64,000 nt of DNA. Source: Candidatus Omnitrophota bacterium. GTDB lineage: Bacteria > Omnitrophota > Gorgyraeia > Ghiorseimicrobiales > Ghiorseimicrobiaceae. A program made the translations under genes and the position numbers. This document shows, one piece after another, positions 17,210 to 27,395 of this stretch; position 1 is the first letter of the stretch; every line of letters begins with the position of its first letter. Below the pieces are notes generated by a model that ran no database searches, was not told the origin of the DNA, and saw only the letters and a list, made by a program, of their open reading frames with translations. The stretch lies in NCBI GenBank assembly GCA_030681595.1, contig JAUXSB010000037.1, positions 232,648 through 296,647 on the forward strand, written 5' to 3'.

Positions 17210-18267
17210 TATTTACCCCTCTCTGACACTCCGGCATTTTTAAAGGTGGCCATCTCACGCAAAATTTTTATGCTGGCTTCGGCAATGCCTATGCCTAATG
17301 CCGCGCCCGTGCCTTCCCCAAGCCTTAAATTTAAATCAAGGATAGGCTTAAGCCCCAAAAATTTTAAAATTGTTTTATGGCCTATTTCAACCGAGCAATG
17401 AGCAGCAAACATATAGTCTTTTACCTTTGGCTCAATTCCATAGGCGATTAATGCCGCCGCCCCCGAGATAAATCCGTCTATTACCACCGGCACTTTATAG
17501 GAAGCAGCCGCTAAAATTGTACCGGCCAAACCCCCGATTTCAAAACCCCCGACTTTAGCCAAAACATCAATAGCATCACCGGGATTTGGTTTATTGATTT
17601 TAATTGCTTCCTTTAATATCGTAATTTTATTTTTTAACCCTGCGTCATTTATACCCGTCCCTCTTCCGGTGATATCTTCAATCTTCTCTTGGGTAAAAAC
17701 TGCGGTGATGGCACTGGCGGCGGTAGTATTGGCTATGCCCATCTCTCCAGTTCCGATAATGTCAATACCTCTGGCAAACTCATCTTCAAATATTTCTATC
17801 CCTGCACAAATAGATTTTATCGCCTCTTCCTTAGTCATTGCAGGACCCTTAGCCATATTTTTTGTGCCGTAACCTATTTTCTTAATCACTAGGCCCGGGC
17901 TTATTTTTAAGTCTTCCGCTACGCCTAAATCTGCCACTACCACCCTTGCGCCGGCATGCTTTGCTAGGACATTTATGCCTGCCCCACCGCGTAAAAAATT
18001 ATAGACCATCTGCGCGGTTACTGCCGCAGGATACGCACTTACGCCTTCTGCCGCTACGCCGTGATCAGAGGCAAAAGTAAAAATTACCTTATTTTTTAAT
18101 TCCGGGGTTTCTTTTCCGGATATACCTACGATAAGCCTTGCGATTTCTTCTAACCTACCTAAGCTTCCTTGCGGTTTAGTAAGGCTGTCAAGGCGCTCCT
18201 GCGCCTTATCCATCAATTTAACGTCAATATTAGTTATTTTTTTAACCGTTTGTTCGATTTTATTCAT
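17209..18267 (-). CDS. cobT: Nicotinate-nucleotide--dimethylbenzimidazole phosphoribosyltransferase CobT.
   Basis: GTGEMGIANTT motif characteristic of CobT (352 aa). Confidence 0.9.
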   Translation of the reverse strand: MNKIEQTVKKITNIDVKLMDKAQERLDSLTKPQGSLGRLEEIARLIVGISGKETPELKNKVIFTFASDHGVAAEGVSAYPAAVTAQMVYNFLRGGAGINVLAKHAGARVVVADLGVAEDLKISPGLVIKKIGYGTKNMAKGPAMTKEEAIKSICAGIEIFEDEFARGIDIIGTGEMGIANTTAASAITAVFTQEKIEDITGRGTGINDAGLKNKITILKEAIKINKPNPGDAIDVLAKVGGFEIGGLAGTILAAASYKVPVVIDGFISGAAALIAYGIEPKVKDYMFAAHCSVEIGHKTILKFLGLKPILDLNLRLGEGTGAALGIGIAEASIKILREMATFKNAGVSERGK

Positions 18268-18279
18268 CTTGTCCTCTCT

Positions 18280-18801
18280 TTATTTTATTTTCATTGCGAT
18301 GCCTGATACTATAAAAAATACCTCATCAGCATTTTTCGCTATTATTTGATTTACTTTTCCGGCGATATCCCGGAAACCACGCGCTAATTTATTCTCCGGC
18401 ACAATTCCTAAGCCGACTTCATTAGAAATAATTATCGCATTTGCTTTAAAGCCTTTAATAGCGGCGACTATTTCTTTAGCTATTTTTTCAATCGCTTTTT
18501 GGTCTAAGCCGGCCAGAACAAGGTTAGAAACTAAAAGTGTTAGGCAATCTATCAATAAGCAGTCAAATTTTTTGGCGATTCTTTTAATTAGCGGGGTTAA
18601 ATCCCGCGGCTCTTCAAATGTTTTCCAATATGCCGGCCTTATTTTTTTATGAAGCGTAATACGTGCCTTCATTTCACTGTCTAACGGTTCTCCGGTGGCG
18701 ATAAAGGCAACATTTTTTTTATATCTTTTAGCTAATTGCAAGGCAAAGGCGCTTTTGCCGCTTCTTGCGCCGCCTAAAATGAAAATAATTTTACCCATCA
18801 T
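18280..18801 (-). CDS. cobU: Adenosylcobinamide kinase / adenosylcobinamide-phosphate guanylyltransferase CobU.
   Basis: GGARSGKS P-loop, 173 aa. Confidence 0.85.
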   Translation of the reverse strand: MMGKIIFILGGARSGKSAFALQLAKRYKKNVAFIATGEPLDSEMKARITLHKKIRPAYWKTFEEPRDLTPLIKRIAKKFDCLLIDCLTLLVSNLVLAGLDQKAIEKIAKEIVAAIKGFKANAIIISNEVGLGIVPENKLARGFRDIAGKVNQIIAKNADEVFFIVSGIAMKIK

Positions 18802-18868
18802 AAAAACTTAAAATGTAAGATGTAAAACAAAACTAAAAACTAAAAACTTTAAAGCATTGGTTTTTGCT

Positions 18869-19468
18869 TCATGCTAAATGTGCCGTGTCATTCAATAGCT
18901 TAATCTTTGGCTTATTTCTTTCGTATTCAATTATAGTTAAGCTGGCAGAATGCGGAATATGTTTCCAGAAATCCCGTTTCCTCAAAATATGAGTAATAAA
19001 TGCGCTTATCGCGCCGCCGTGGCATACGACCGCCACGGTTTCACTGGGATTTCCGCAAACTATCTTTTTAATAGACGAAATTATCCTTTTCTTAAAATCA
19101 GTTAATTTTTCACCTTCCGGCACATGATTATTATATGGGTCTTTAAGCCATTTTTTGTAAATCTCCGGATATTTTTTAAGGATCTGTCTGTGGGTTAGTC
19201 CTTCAAAGCAGCCAAAGTTGATTTCGGCTAAATCCGGTATTTGCTTTAATTGTTTTGAACCGTTAAAGATAATTTTTGCGGTTTGTATCGCGCGCCTGCG
19301 GTCACTCGTATAAACTTTATGGATTATTTCTTCTTTTATCCGGTTACGGAGTTTCTTCGCCTGAGCCATGCCTTTTTTGCTTAACCCTATATCATTGTGC
19401 CCGCAATAACGCTTCTTATAATTCCAAACTGTTTCGCCATGACGAATTAATATTAATTTATTAGCCAT
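18869..19468 (-). CDS. cobC: Alpha-ribazole phosphatase CobC (histidine phosphatase family).
   Basis: LIRHGETVWN histidine-phosphatase motif. First gene after the riboswitch. Confidence 0.8.
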   Translation of the reverse strand: MANKLILIRHGETVWNYKKRYCGHNDIGLSKKGMAQAKKLRNRIKEEIIHKVYTSDRRRAIQTAKIIFNGSKQLKQIPDLAEINFGCFEGLTHRQILKKYPEIYKKWLKDPYNNHVPEGEKLTDFKKRIISSIKKIVCGNPSETVAVVCHGGAISAFITHILRKRDFWKHIPHSASLTIIEYERNKPKIKLLNDTAHLA

Positions 19469-19477
19469 AAAATAGAA

Positions 19478-19508
19478 AAGCCCAACCTTGTGAGTTGGGG
19501 TGCACCCT
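19478..19508 (-). terminator. Attenuator hairpin plus U-tract of the riboswitch expression platform, just upstream of the cobC ATG.
   Basis: Minus strand reads ccccaac-tcacaa-ggttggg followed by cttttctatttt. Confidence 0.45.
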
Positions 19509-19539
19509 GCTTTAACTATAGCCCTTCCTCGAGGTATTT

Positions 19540-19710
19540 GAGTTTATTGATTTATAGGTAGGTCTTCTGGCTCGGGCTTTATCTCCTATTCCTTGCGCCT
19601 TCCCGGTTTTTAGCCAGTGGCTCTTGCAAGTTTCGTATGCCCTTACAGCGGCGGGACCGCATCCGTTTTTAACGGATTTCCCTTCACCTATAGTCTGACT
19701 CTATTTGTTC
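19540..19710 (-). promoter_or_regulatory. Cobalamin (AdoCbl) riboswitch.
   Basis: Minus strand contains GGTGAAGGGAA...CGGTCCCGCCGCTGT...GCCACTGG...GGGAAGGCG. The B12 box is GAGCCAGAAGACCTACC at plus 19557..19573. Confidence 0.75.
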
Positions 19711-19711
19711 C

Positions 19712-19740
19712 TTTATACTATTTTTAAGCAGATTTGTCAA
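19712..19740 (-). promoter_or_regulatory. Sigma-70-like promoter for the riboswitch and cob operon.
   Basis: Minus strand TTGACA (19740..19735), a 17-nt spacer, then TATAAA (19717..19712). Confidence 0.5.
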
Positions 19741-19896
19741 CCAAAATCTGCCAATGCCGCCCTTGGCGGCACCCCGCCATTCGGCGGTGGCTGGCTTTTA
19801 CTTTTTGGTTGATGCCCGCCAGAACGAAGTCGGGCTGGCCGCAAATACTTTTGCGGCGCAAAAAGAAAAATCTGTTTAATCTCTGTTTTTAAGTTA

Positions 19897-21063
19897 CTAT
19901 ACGCTTATAGCGCGTAAGATAGAGCTCCTTCCGAATTTCTCTCTGATTTTATCTATTGCCCTATGGACATCCTCTTTCTTTTCCTTGTTTTCATCTTTAA
20001 AAAGCGACTCTTCATCTCGAATCGATAGGTTTGAGGCGCGCACGCCCACAAGCCTGACTCTTTTATTGTTAGTTTTAAAATTTTCAAAAAGGCGCTTTAT
20101 TTCCCTGATCAAATCTTCTGAAAAATTAGTCGGTTCAGGTAATGTTACTGCGCGCGTATATGTCTGAAATCCTTCAAGCCTGATTTTTAACGTAATTGTC
20201 CTGGACTTAAAGCCCTCTTTCCTTAACCGATCAGAAACCAGCTCGCAAAGCAAGGCAAGCTCTTTTTCGATTATTATTTTATCCCGGATATCCTTTTCGA
20301 AGGTAGCCTCATTACTGATAGATTTTACTGTATGCTCGCTGATAACCTCGCTTTGATCTATGCCGCGGCTTAAATCCCAAAACCATGCTCCATTTTTGCC
20401 AAACAGGCTGATAAGCTCTTCCTTGCTTCTTACGGAAAGGTCTCTTATCGTATAAATTCCCATCTGATTCAAGATTGTTTTTGTCTTTTGGCCAATGCCC
20501 CACAATACCTCAACATCTAGCGGCAAAAGAAAATCAATGAGTTTTTCCGCTTTCACTTCAACCAACCCATCGGGTTTTCTTAGGCCGGAGGCTATTTTTG
20601 CGGACATTTTTGTGGGGGCCAATCCTATAGAGCAAGCTAGGCCGGTTTCTTTTTTAATCCGGTTTTTTATAGCAACACAAACTTCATAAGGAGTGCCAAA
20701 CAACTTGTATGTAGCGCTAATATCAAGAAATGCCTCATCGATGCTTACTTGCTCAACAAGGGGCGAGAAATTTTTAAGGATACTGATAATTTCTCCGGAA
20801 ACCCGCGTATATTTTTCATAATTACCTTGGAGGAATATTGCCTGCGGGCATTTTCGATAAGCAATTGAGATCGGCATCGCAGAATGTATTCCAAATTTTC
20901 TTGCTTCATATGAACAGGTTGATACAACGCCTCGGCCCTTGCCTTTTTTTGGGTCAGCGCCTACTACAACCGGCTTCCCCTGATACGCCGGATTATCCCT
21001 CTCTTCAACGCTTGCAAAAAACGCGTCCATGTCAACATGGACTATAAGCCTTTCTTTTTTCAT
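19897..21063 (-). CDS. dinB: DNA polymerase IV DinB.
   Basis: N-terminus HVDMDAFFASVE with the Y-family polymerase fold, 388 aa. Confidence 0.9.
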   Translation of the reverse strand: MKKERLIVHVDMDAFFASVEERDNPAYQGKPVVVGADPKKGKGRGVVSTCSYEARKFGIHSAMPISIAYRKCPQAIFLQGNYEKYTRVSGEIISILKNFSPLVEQVSIDEAFLDISATYKLFGTPYEVCVAIKNRIKKETGLACSIGLAPTKMSAKIASGLRKPDGLVEVKAEKLIDFLLPLDVEVLWGIGQKTKTILNQMGIYTIRDLSVRSKEELISLFGKNGAWFWDLSRGIDQSEVISEHTVKSISNEATFEKDIRDKIIIEKELALLCELVSDRLRKEGFKSRTITLKIRLEGFQTYTRAVTLPEPTNFSEDLIREIKRLFENFKTNNKRVRLVGVRASNLSIRDEESLFKDENKEKKEDVHRAIDKIREKFGRSSILRAISV

Positions 21064-21092
21064 TGAGCCAGTTTTAACCGTGTATCGAAAAA

Positions 21093-22130
21093 TTAATTAA
21101 GGCCATTACACAATTTTTCTATTGATTTAACCGCCAACTCAATAACCGCATTAACATCGTCTAAGCTAAAAACACCAGTGGGGGAATGCACATAGCGCGC
21201 AGGTATACTTAATACTCCCGCTGGTATCCCCTCGCGATTCATGCTGATAATTGCCGCATCGGTCATCCCGCCCTCAAGGATGTCCAACTGGTATTTTATA
21301 TTATTTGCTTTCGCAACCTCAATAAAAAGGTCTTTAAGGTGTTTATTTACTATAACTCCCCTTCCGCCGGCCTCCATAATGGTAATGGCGGCACCCTCGC
21401 CCAACCTTAAAGTCGATTCGGCTTCTTTTATGCTAGGCGTATCTCCCGCGCTGGTTGTATCTATCGCGATAGCAAAATCCGGGTTTATCTTAAATGATGA
21501 TGTACGCGCTCCTTTTAAACCAACCTCTTCTTGCGCCGTTGCCACCGCAAACACTTCGGCATTAGCGTTTATACGTTCCATAATCTTTACCAAGCAGTAA
21601 CAGCCTACGCGGTCATCTACTGCTTTTGCGAAATATAAATTATTATTCATCCTGCCGAAACTTGCCTCAAATAAAACCGGATCCCCTACTGAAACCAATG
21701 ACTCGGCATCTTTTTTGTCTTTGCAGCCAACATCGATAAACATATCTTCGCATTTTGTTACTTGTTTTTTTTCTTCCTCTTTCTGCACATGAGGCGGCCT
21801 ACTTCCAATTATCCCGGGAATTAATCCTTTCTTTGTTTTTACCATCACCCTCTGCGCTAAAAGTATCCGGTCGTCAATCCCGCCTATCTTTATAAAACGA
21901 AGATACCCATCCTTGGTAATATGCTTAACAACCAAACCTACCTCATCCATATGGGCCGCCAGCATAATTTTTCTCTCTCCCTTGCCTTTCCTGGCAATGA
22001 TATTGCCAAAATTGTCAATTGTAACCGCATCACAGCATCTCTCAAACTCTTTTTTTAATATAGCGGCTACCTCACTTTCATCGCCCGATATTCCGCCGGC
22101 AGTTAAAACTTCCCTTAACAAATTTTCCAT
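21093..22130 (-). CDS. M42 family aminopeptidase (FrvX/CelM-like).
   Basis: 345 aa with AAHMDEVG and other M42 motifs. Confidence 0.8.
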   Translation of the reverse strand: MENLLREVLTAGGISGDESEVAAILKKEFERCCDAVTIDNFGNIIARKGKGERKIMLAAHMDEVGLVVKHITKDGYLRFIKIGGIDDRILLAQRVMVKTKKGLIPGIIGSRPPHVQKEEEKKQVTKCEDMFIDVGCKDKKDAESLVSVGDPVLFEASFGRMNNNLYFAKAVDDRVGCYCLVKIMERINANAEVFAVATAQEEVGLKGARTSSFKINPDFAIAIDTTSAGDTPSIKEAESTLRLGEGAAITIMEAGGRGVIVNKHLKDLFIEVAKANNIKYQLDILEGGMTDAAIISMNREGIPAGVLSIPARYVHSPTGVFSLDDVNAVIELAVKSIEKLCNGLN

Positions 22131-22254
22131 AGTTAGCCTCCAGTAAATTTACTTAATCAGCCAGCGACGCTACAGAGGCGCACAACTGGCTGCGAGCCTT
22201 TTTGGCTTTCAACCCTATATTTTCTGCCATAAAATAGGCGGCTGAGTTTTTCGC

Positions 22255-22905
22255 TTAATACTTATGCCCATATTTACCTACTAACGGCACAAAGGTACAG
22301 CCGCAGATTTCAACTCGCGAAACCTTCCCTTTGTTTTTTTCCAATAACGTTAAAATTTGGCCAAAAAATGCGCCTACGGGAATTATCAACCTCGCGCTTT
22401 CATTTAGCTCATTTATCAATGGTTCGGGTATATTGTCCGCAGCGGCAGTAACGATGATGGCATCATAAGGAGAAAATTCTTCCCATCCTAATGTTCCGTC
22501 ACCAACCTTTGTGGAGATATTTAAAATTCCTAAACCCCTAAATGTTTCTTCCGCCTTTTTTTGCAGCGCTTCCATGCGTTCTATAGTATAAACATGGGAG
22601 CATAATTTAGACAATATCGCCGCTTGATACCCTGAGCCTGTGCCAATTTCTAAAACCCTATCGGTAGGCTTCAAGCGTAAGCTTTCTGTCATTAATGCCA
22701 CAATGTATGGTTGAGATATTGTTTGGCCGTTTCCTATCGGTAAAGGGCAATCTTCGTATGAGTCCTGCCTGATATTTTCCGGGACGAATTTATGGCGGGG
22801 GGTTTCGTAAAACGCGGAAATTACGCGCTCATCTCGTATGCCGCGGGCGATAATCTGGTTATCCACCATCAGCTGGCGCAGTTTATCAAAATTTATTTCT
22901 TCCAT
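22255..22905 (-). CDS. pcm: Protein-L-isoaspartate O-methyltransferase.
   Basis: VLEIGTGSGYQAA SAM-binding motif, 216 aa. Confidence 0.85.
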   Translation of the reverse strand: MEEINFDKLRQLMVDNQIIARGIRDERVISAFYETPRHKFVPENIRQDSYEDCPLPIGNGQTISQPYIVALMTESLRLKPTDRVLEIGTGSGYQAAILSKLCSHVYTIERMEALQKKAEETFRGLGILNISTKVGDGTLGWEEFSPYDAIIVTAAADNIPEPLINELNESARLIIPVGAFFGQILTLLEKNKGKVSRVEICGCTFVPLVGKYGHKY

Positions 22906-23588
22906 AGGAGCCGAAAATAAGTCCTGACGAAACGCATGGTATCCAAAACAGGATGGATCTGGCTTTTGCTGCCATGATATATTGTTTCAATGGGAAGAGA
23001 TTCGATCTTATGGCCTTTTTTTGCCGCAATAATCAGGATTTCTGATTCCATATCATACCGAGAAGATAAAAGCGTGATATTCTTTAGCAGGCTTGCCCGT
23101 ATAAGCCGAAACCCGCACTGTGTATCAGGAATATGCTGCCCGGTTTTCCAAGATATAAGCCACGACATAAATCTGTTTGTCGCGATACGTAAAAGCGGCA
23201 TATTTTCTGTATTACGCATCCTGTTGCCGACAATAATATCTGCATCAACCTTGTTTTCTAATTCAAGGAATTGTGCTACTGTTTCAGGATTATGCTGCCC
23301 GTCACCATCCATGGTAATAACCACGTCGTATCCCGCTTTTAAAACGTAATCAAAACCGCGCCGTAAGGCAGCGCCTTTACCGAGGTTCTTAAGATTCCTT
23401 AAAACAATCGCTCCTTCATTCTGCGCGATATCGGCGGTAGAATCTATAGAACCATCGTCAATCACCACTGCATCAAGGCCCAATAGCCTTATTTTCTTGA
23501 CTACGCTGGATATCCCCTTATTTTCGTTATATGCCGGTATAATAACACAAGTTCTATTCATCTTTTTACTCGCACGAATTTTTACCAA
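22893..23588 (-). CDS. Family 2 glycosyltransferase (polyprenyl-phosphate sugar transferase-like).
   Basis: GT2 DxD region VIDDGSIDST, 231 aa. Confidence 0.75.
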   Translation of the reverse strand: MVKIRASKKMNRTCVIIPAYNENKGISSVVKKIRLLGLDAVVIDDGSIDSTADIAQNEGAIVLRNLKNLGKGAALRRGFDYVLKAGYDVVITMDGDGQHNPETVAQFLELENKVDADIIVGNRMRNTENMPLLRIATNRFMSWLISWKTGQHIPDTQCGFRLIRASLLKNITLLSSRYDMESEILIIAAKKGHKIESLPIETIYHGSKSQIHPVLDTMRFVRTYFRLLWKK

Positions 23589-24444
23589 CGGGCTCCCAAA
23601 ATCTTCTAAACATCAGCCATTGCCCGGGATAGTCTTTTATATATCTTTCCAATATGCGCGCATACTTTTCCGTAAGTATTTTCATGTCTTTTTCTAAATC
23701 GTTACTGCGTTCGATCTCTACGGGGCCTTCATATATAAACTGGAACTTATCATCTTTACCTCGTATCATAATTCCCACAAGGATAGGCGCCCCTGTTTTA
23801 AAGGAAAAGGCAACCGGGCCTTTAGGAATTAAGGTAGGAACACCGAAAAAGTCTATTGTTATACCTGCCTGCGTGAAATCCCTGTCCCCCACCAAGGCTA
23901 AAAGTTTATTTTTCTTTAAAGTCTGTAAACAACCGAATGCCGCCCGGCCCAGCGGTATAACTTCAAGGCCCTTTAATTGCCTTTGCTTGATAAAAAAATC
24001 GTTAATAGCTTTATTGCGATGGCTTAAGGCAACACAAGCTATGGGGTACCCCAGGATAGCCATTGCTATTCCGGCTAATTCCCAGTTGGCGATATGCGCG
24101 CTGACAATAATTACGCCTTTGCTGCCTGATAATGCCTGATCCACTATATCAAAATTAATAGTAGAAATATTCTTATTAATGTAATTTTTATCGATTAGCT
24201 CAAAACGCAAAAAATCTATCAGGTATTTGGCGAAATTGCGAAAAGTATCACGGAGATAAACTTCAATTGTCCTATCGTTAGCTTCAGGAAAAATTATTTT
24301 TAAATTATCCTTTACCGCGGCCCTGTCTCCTGGTGAAAACAAGCGGTGTAAATCCGCTAAAAAAACCGCTATTTTGTACGATATTTTTAACGGTAGGATT
24401 ATTGATAATTTTTGCCCGAGCTTGTAAAGAAAGTAGTTAAGCAT
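23566..24444 (-). CDS. Lysophospholipid/lipid A acyltransferase (LpxL/HtrB family).
   Basis: 292 aa with an acyltransferase HX4D-like region; protein resembles LpxL-family members throughout. Confidence 0.7.
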   Translation of the reverse strand: MLNYFLYKLGQKLSIILPLKISYKIAVFLADLHRLFSPGDRAAVKDNLKIIFPEANDRTIEVYLRDTFRNFAKYLIDFLRFELIDKNYINKNISTINFDIVDQALSGSKGVIIVSAHIANWELAGIAMAILGYPIACVALSHRNKAINDFFIKQRQLKGLEVIPLGRAAFGCLQTLKKNKLLALVGDRDFTQAGITIDFFGVPTLIPKGPVAFSFKTGAPILVGIMIRGKDDKFQFIYEGPVEIERSNDLEKDMKILTEKYARILERYIKDYPGQWLMFRRFWEPVGKNSCE

Positions 24445-25564
24445 TTTTTAAAATAAGGCTAGCGACGTCTAAGGCGGCTCTCGGCTTAGCGATAGATTTT
24501 ATATTCTCCATAACCTCAGTAAATTGCTTGCTATCCGAAAGCAGGCGTTTTATTATTCCCGGCACCTCTTCGCTATTCTCTATCTTAAAGGCCGCGTTAT
24601 TTCTTAAAAGAAACTTGGTATTATTTTCTTCCTGGCCCGGTATCGGCCTGACAATAACCGGTATAACCGACTTAGCCAAAGCCTCCGAAATAGTAAGCCC
24701 GCCAGGCTTTGTTACTATTACAGAAGAAACCTCCATTAATTCATTAATGTTATTTACGTATCCCAAAATGAGGTGCTTTTTACTAAAATGCATCTTTCTT
24801 AATTCACCGTAAAGTTTTATATTTGAACCTGTTGCTATAATTATTTGCAAATCTAGCTTCAGGCTGTCTAGCGATCTGACAATAGTTTTTATCGGGCCTA
24901 AACCTTGGCCACCGCCCATTACTAAAATTATAGGCACGGATAGATCAAACCCGATTTTTTTCGCTATGCGCGCTTTATCCGAAGCAAAAGAGAACTTAGG
25001 GTCAATCGGTATACCCAACAACATAATTCTTTTAGGATCTATCCCCTGCTCTATCAGCCTTCTCTTTGATTCTTCGTTAGCTACCGTATAATAATCTACG
25101 TTCGGATATGCCCAATAAGAATGCGGGAAAAAATCAGTAACCACCCCCACCAGTGGCGTCTCATACCGGTAAATCTTCTTAAAATCAGCAAACATTCCGC
25201 AGGGAAAAGCCTGCGTACAGACAATTATATCCGGATTAAATTCATCAAAGAGCTTTTTTAATTTTTTGGAATTAAATTTATGGATTATATTTTTTACGTA
25301 TTCCGTACTTTTGACTACCTTGGGGTTGTCATAAAGATACTCCCAGATTTGCGGCATTTTTTTGATAACTAAAGTATATAAATGATTAATAAATTTCTCG
25401 GAATAAGGATTGGTATAACTAAAAAGGTTTACGCTTAATATCTGCGCTTCCGGCTCAATAAGCTTAAGCGCTTTTTCTATCGCCGCCGCTGCGCTGCGAT
25501 GCCCTGAGACATCTGAAATATACGCAAGTAATATGTTTTTACGCATAATACAATATAATAACAT
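24437..25564 (-). CDS. MGDG-synthase/UgtP-like diacylglycerol glycosyltransferase (GT28 family).
   Basis: 375 aa; N-terminal MGDG_synth-like and C-terminal GT-B domains, in a glycolipid gene cluster context. Confidence 0.7.
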   Translation of the reverse strand: MLLYCIMRKNILLAYISDVSGHRSAAAAIEKALKLIEPEAQILSVNLFSYTNPYSEKFINHLYTLVIKKMPQIWEYLYDNPKVVKSTEYVKNIIHKFNSKKLKKLFDEFNPDIIVCTQAFPCGMFADFKKIYRYETPLVGVVTDFFPHSYWAYPNVDYYTVANEESKRRLIEQGIDPKRIMLLGIPIDPKFSFASDKARIAKKIGFDLSVPIILVMGGGQGLGPIKTIVRSLDSLKLDLQIIIATGSNIKLYGELRKMHFSKKHLILGYVNNINELMEVSSVIVTKPGGLTISEALAKSVIPVIVRPIPGQEENNTKFLLRNNAAFKIENSEEVPGIIKRLLSDSKQFTEVMENIKSIAKPRAALDVASLILKNA

Positions 25565-25612
25565 ATTTATTTTTAGAGAGCAATATTTTTACTTTTACGT
25601 GTAGTAAACGAG

Positions 25613-25951
25613 TTATGCGGCTGGATTGGTTGTTGCTGAGGCTGGCGCCAGATTAATGGTAAGCGAATGAGAAAATATCACATAAAATAACTTACTGTTA
25701 TTTACAAGATATAACCCACCTTTAACGCGGCAGAAGAATTTTTCATGATTAGTACGCGAATCTTTAATTTTTAAGATATAGAGCCGTGGCACAGGCAATT
25801 CTTTCTTATTCTCGTCTATACCCTTGATGATATAGACAAAATTCCTCCTAATCCTCGTCAGCAGACCCTTGTTTTCTATTACTTCAGAGGTAGAAAGAAT
25901 CCTCCGTTTCTTATGCGGAGAGGTTAAATTTTTAAACACTAAGTTGCGCAT
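25613..25951 (-). CDS. Hypothetical protein.
   Basis: ORF only; no recognisable motif. Confidence 0.35.
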   Translation of the reverse strand: MRNLVFKNLTSPHKKRRILSTSEVIENKGLLTRIRRNFVYIIKGIDENKKELPVPRLYILKIKDSRTNHEKFFCRVKGGLYLVNNSKLFYVIFSHSLTINLAPASATTNPAA

Positions 25952-26188
25952 TTTTGCCTCTTTTCAATTTTTAAGGCCGGGCTTCTATTTCCCCTTTCTG
26001 TTTCTATATGTATATCAGCCCGGCCATTATAACTCCCATGGCTGGTGGGATAAACTTTTCAGGTCTCTACTTAAGTATAACATTTATAACACGGCATTCA
26101 ATTAGCCGGAGGCCATTTCATGAAAACGTTTTCTTCGCTACCATTAACTTAATTTATTGCTTGGCTGTTTTAAAAAATGCGGAGGCTA

Positions 26189-26848
26189 TTACTTAGGAGA
26201 AAATAATTTCCAGAGGGATTTCAAGGGGTAAAAGCGATGTTCTTCTTTATGTAACAGTCTGTAAATATTAGGCTTATGACGAAAAACAATGAACGAGGAA
26301 AGGACGAGGCCCATAATCAATAATTCTTTCGGCAGGTTAAAAATAACCATAAATACAGGAACTAAAATCGCAGAGAAAACCGAAGACAGAGATACAAAAC
26401 CGGTAGCTAAAAATACGGCCAGCCAGGTTAATATTAAAAGTACTAAAACAATAACTAAAGAATTCGACACTGTAGCCAGGCCTATAACTACGCCCAAACT
26501 TGTGGCTACCCCTTTGCCGCCGCGAAAATTAAGGAATATCGTCCAATTATGGCCGATCACCGCAGTTAACCCCAAAAAAATTCTCAAGGCTAGGCCCCAA
26601 GAAAGGTTATCTGCCATGGCTAAATAACCGGCGATCAGCGTGGGGCAAACTAATCCCTTGGCAACATCAAAGATAAGAGCGATTGTGCCAAATAGGGGCC
26701 CTAAGACCCTAAAAGCATTAGTGGCACCGACGTTTCCCGAGCCGTGTTTTCTTATATCGATACCCTTAAATATTTTTCCTAGAAAGTAGGCGCAGGGAAT
26801 TGAACCAAGAAGGTAACTAACGAAGAGGCTTAGAATTATTTTTTCCAT
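26189..26848 (-). CDS. plsY: Glycerol-3-phosphate acyltransferase PlsY.
   Basis: HGSGNVGATNAFR motif, 219 aa membrane protein. Confidence 0.9.
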   Translation of the reverse strand: MEKIILSLFVSYLLGSIPCAYFLGKIFKGIDIRKHGSGNVGATNAFRVLGPLFGTIALIFDVAKGLVCPTLIAGYLAMADNLSWGLALRIFLGLTAVIGHNWTIFLNFRGGKGVATSLGVVIGLATVSNSLVIVLVLLILTWLAVFLATGFVSLSSVFSAILVPVFMVIFNLPKELLIMGLVLSSFIVFRHKPNIYRLLHKEEHRFYPLKSLWKLFSPK

Positions 26849-27395
26849 CTATCACGCTCAAGGTCAACACGCCTTTCCGGATATAATCAACACCCGAAAG
26901 AATAGTAAAAAATACGGCGATACCCCAAATGATATTTATAAAACTAAACCTTAACAAGAAGCAGGCGATTGTCATCATCTGAAAAAAAGTGGTAAATTTT
27001 CCCAAATATGAAGGGACTACATTTAAATCCTGCCGCATAATGTAAATGATAATTGCGCCTAATAAAATTATCACGTCCCTACTTATTATAGCTAAGACTA
27101 CCCACAGAGGTATAACAGCCGATGGATGAAGATTGCTTTTTGTATAAATCGCTATAAATGAAGCAACAAGCAAAAGCTTATCCGCTAAAGGGTCTACAAT
27201 TGAACCGAATTTTGTTTTTTGTTTCTTAACCCGGGCGATATAGCCGTCAACAAAGTCGGAAACTACAGCCAATAAAAATATCCCCAGAGCGACAAAACGT
27301 AAAATGTCCCTCTGGGGATCGTAATACAAAATTGCCGCCAAAAAGAATGGAATACTGATAACCCTAAAGATTGAAACTTTATTGGCGAAATTCAT
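26817..27395 (-). CDS. pgsA: CDP-diacylglycerol--glycerol-3-phosphate 3-phosphatidyltransferase (CDP-alcohol phosphatidyltransferase family).
   Basis: DFVDGYIAR and DPLADKLL CDP-OH phosphotransferase motif. Confidence 0.8.
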   Translation of the reverse strand: MNFANKVSIFRVISIPFFLAAILYYDPQRDILRFVALGIFLLAVVSDFVDGYIARVKKQKTKFGSIVDPLADKLLLVASFIAIYTKSNLHPSAVIPLWVVLAIISRDVIILLGAIIIYIMRQDLNVVPSYLGKFTTFFQMMTIACFLLRFSFINIIWGIAVFFTILSGVDYIRKGVLTLSVIDGKNNSKPLR

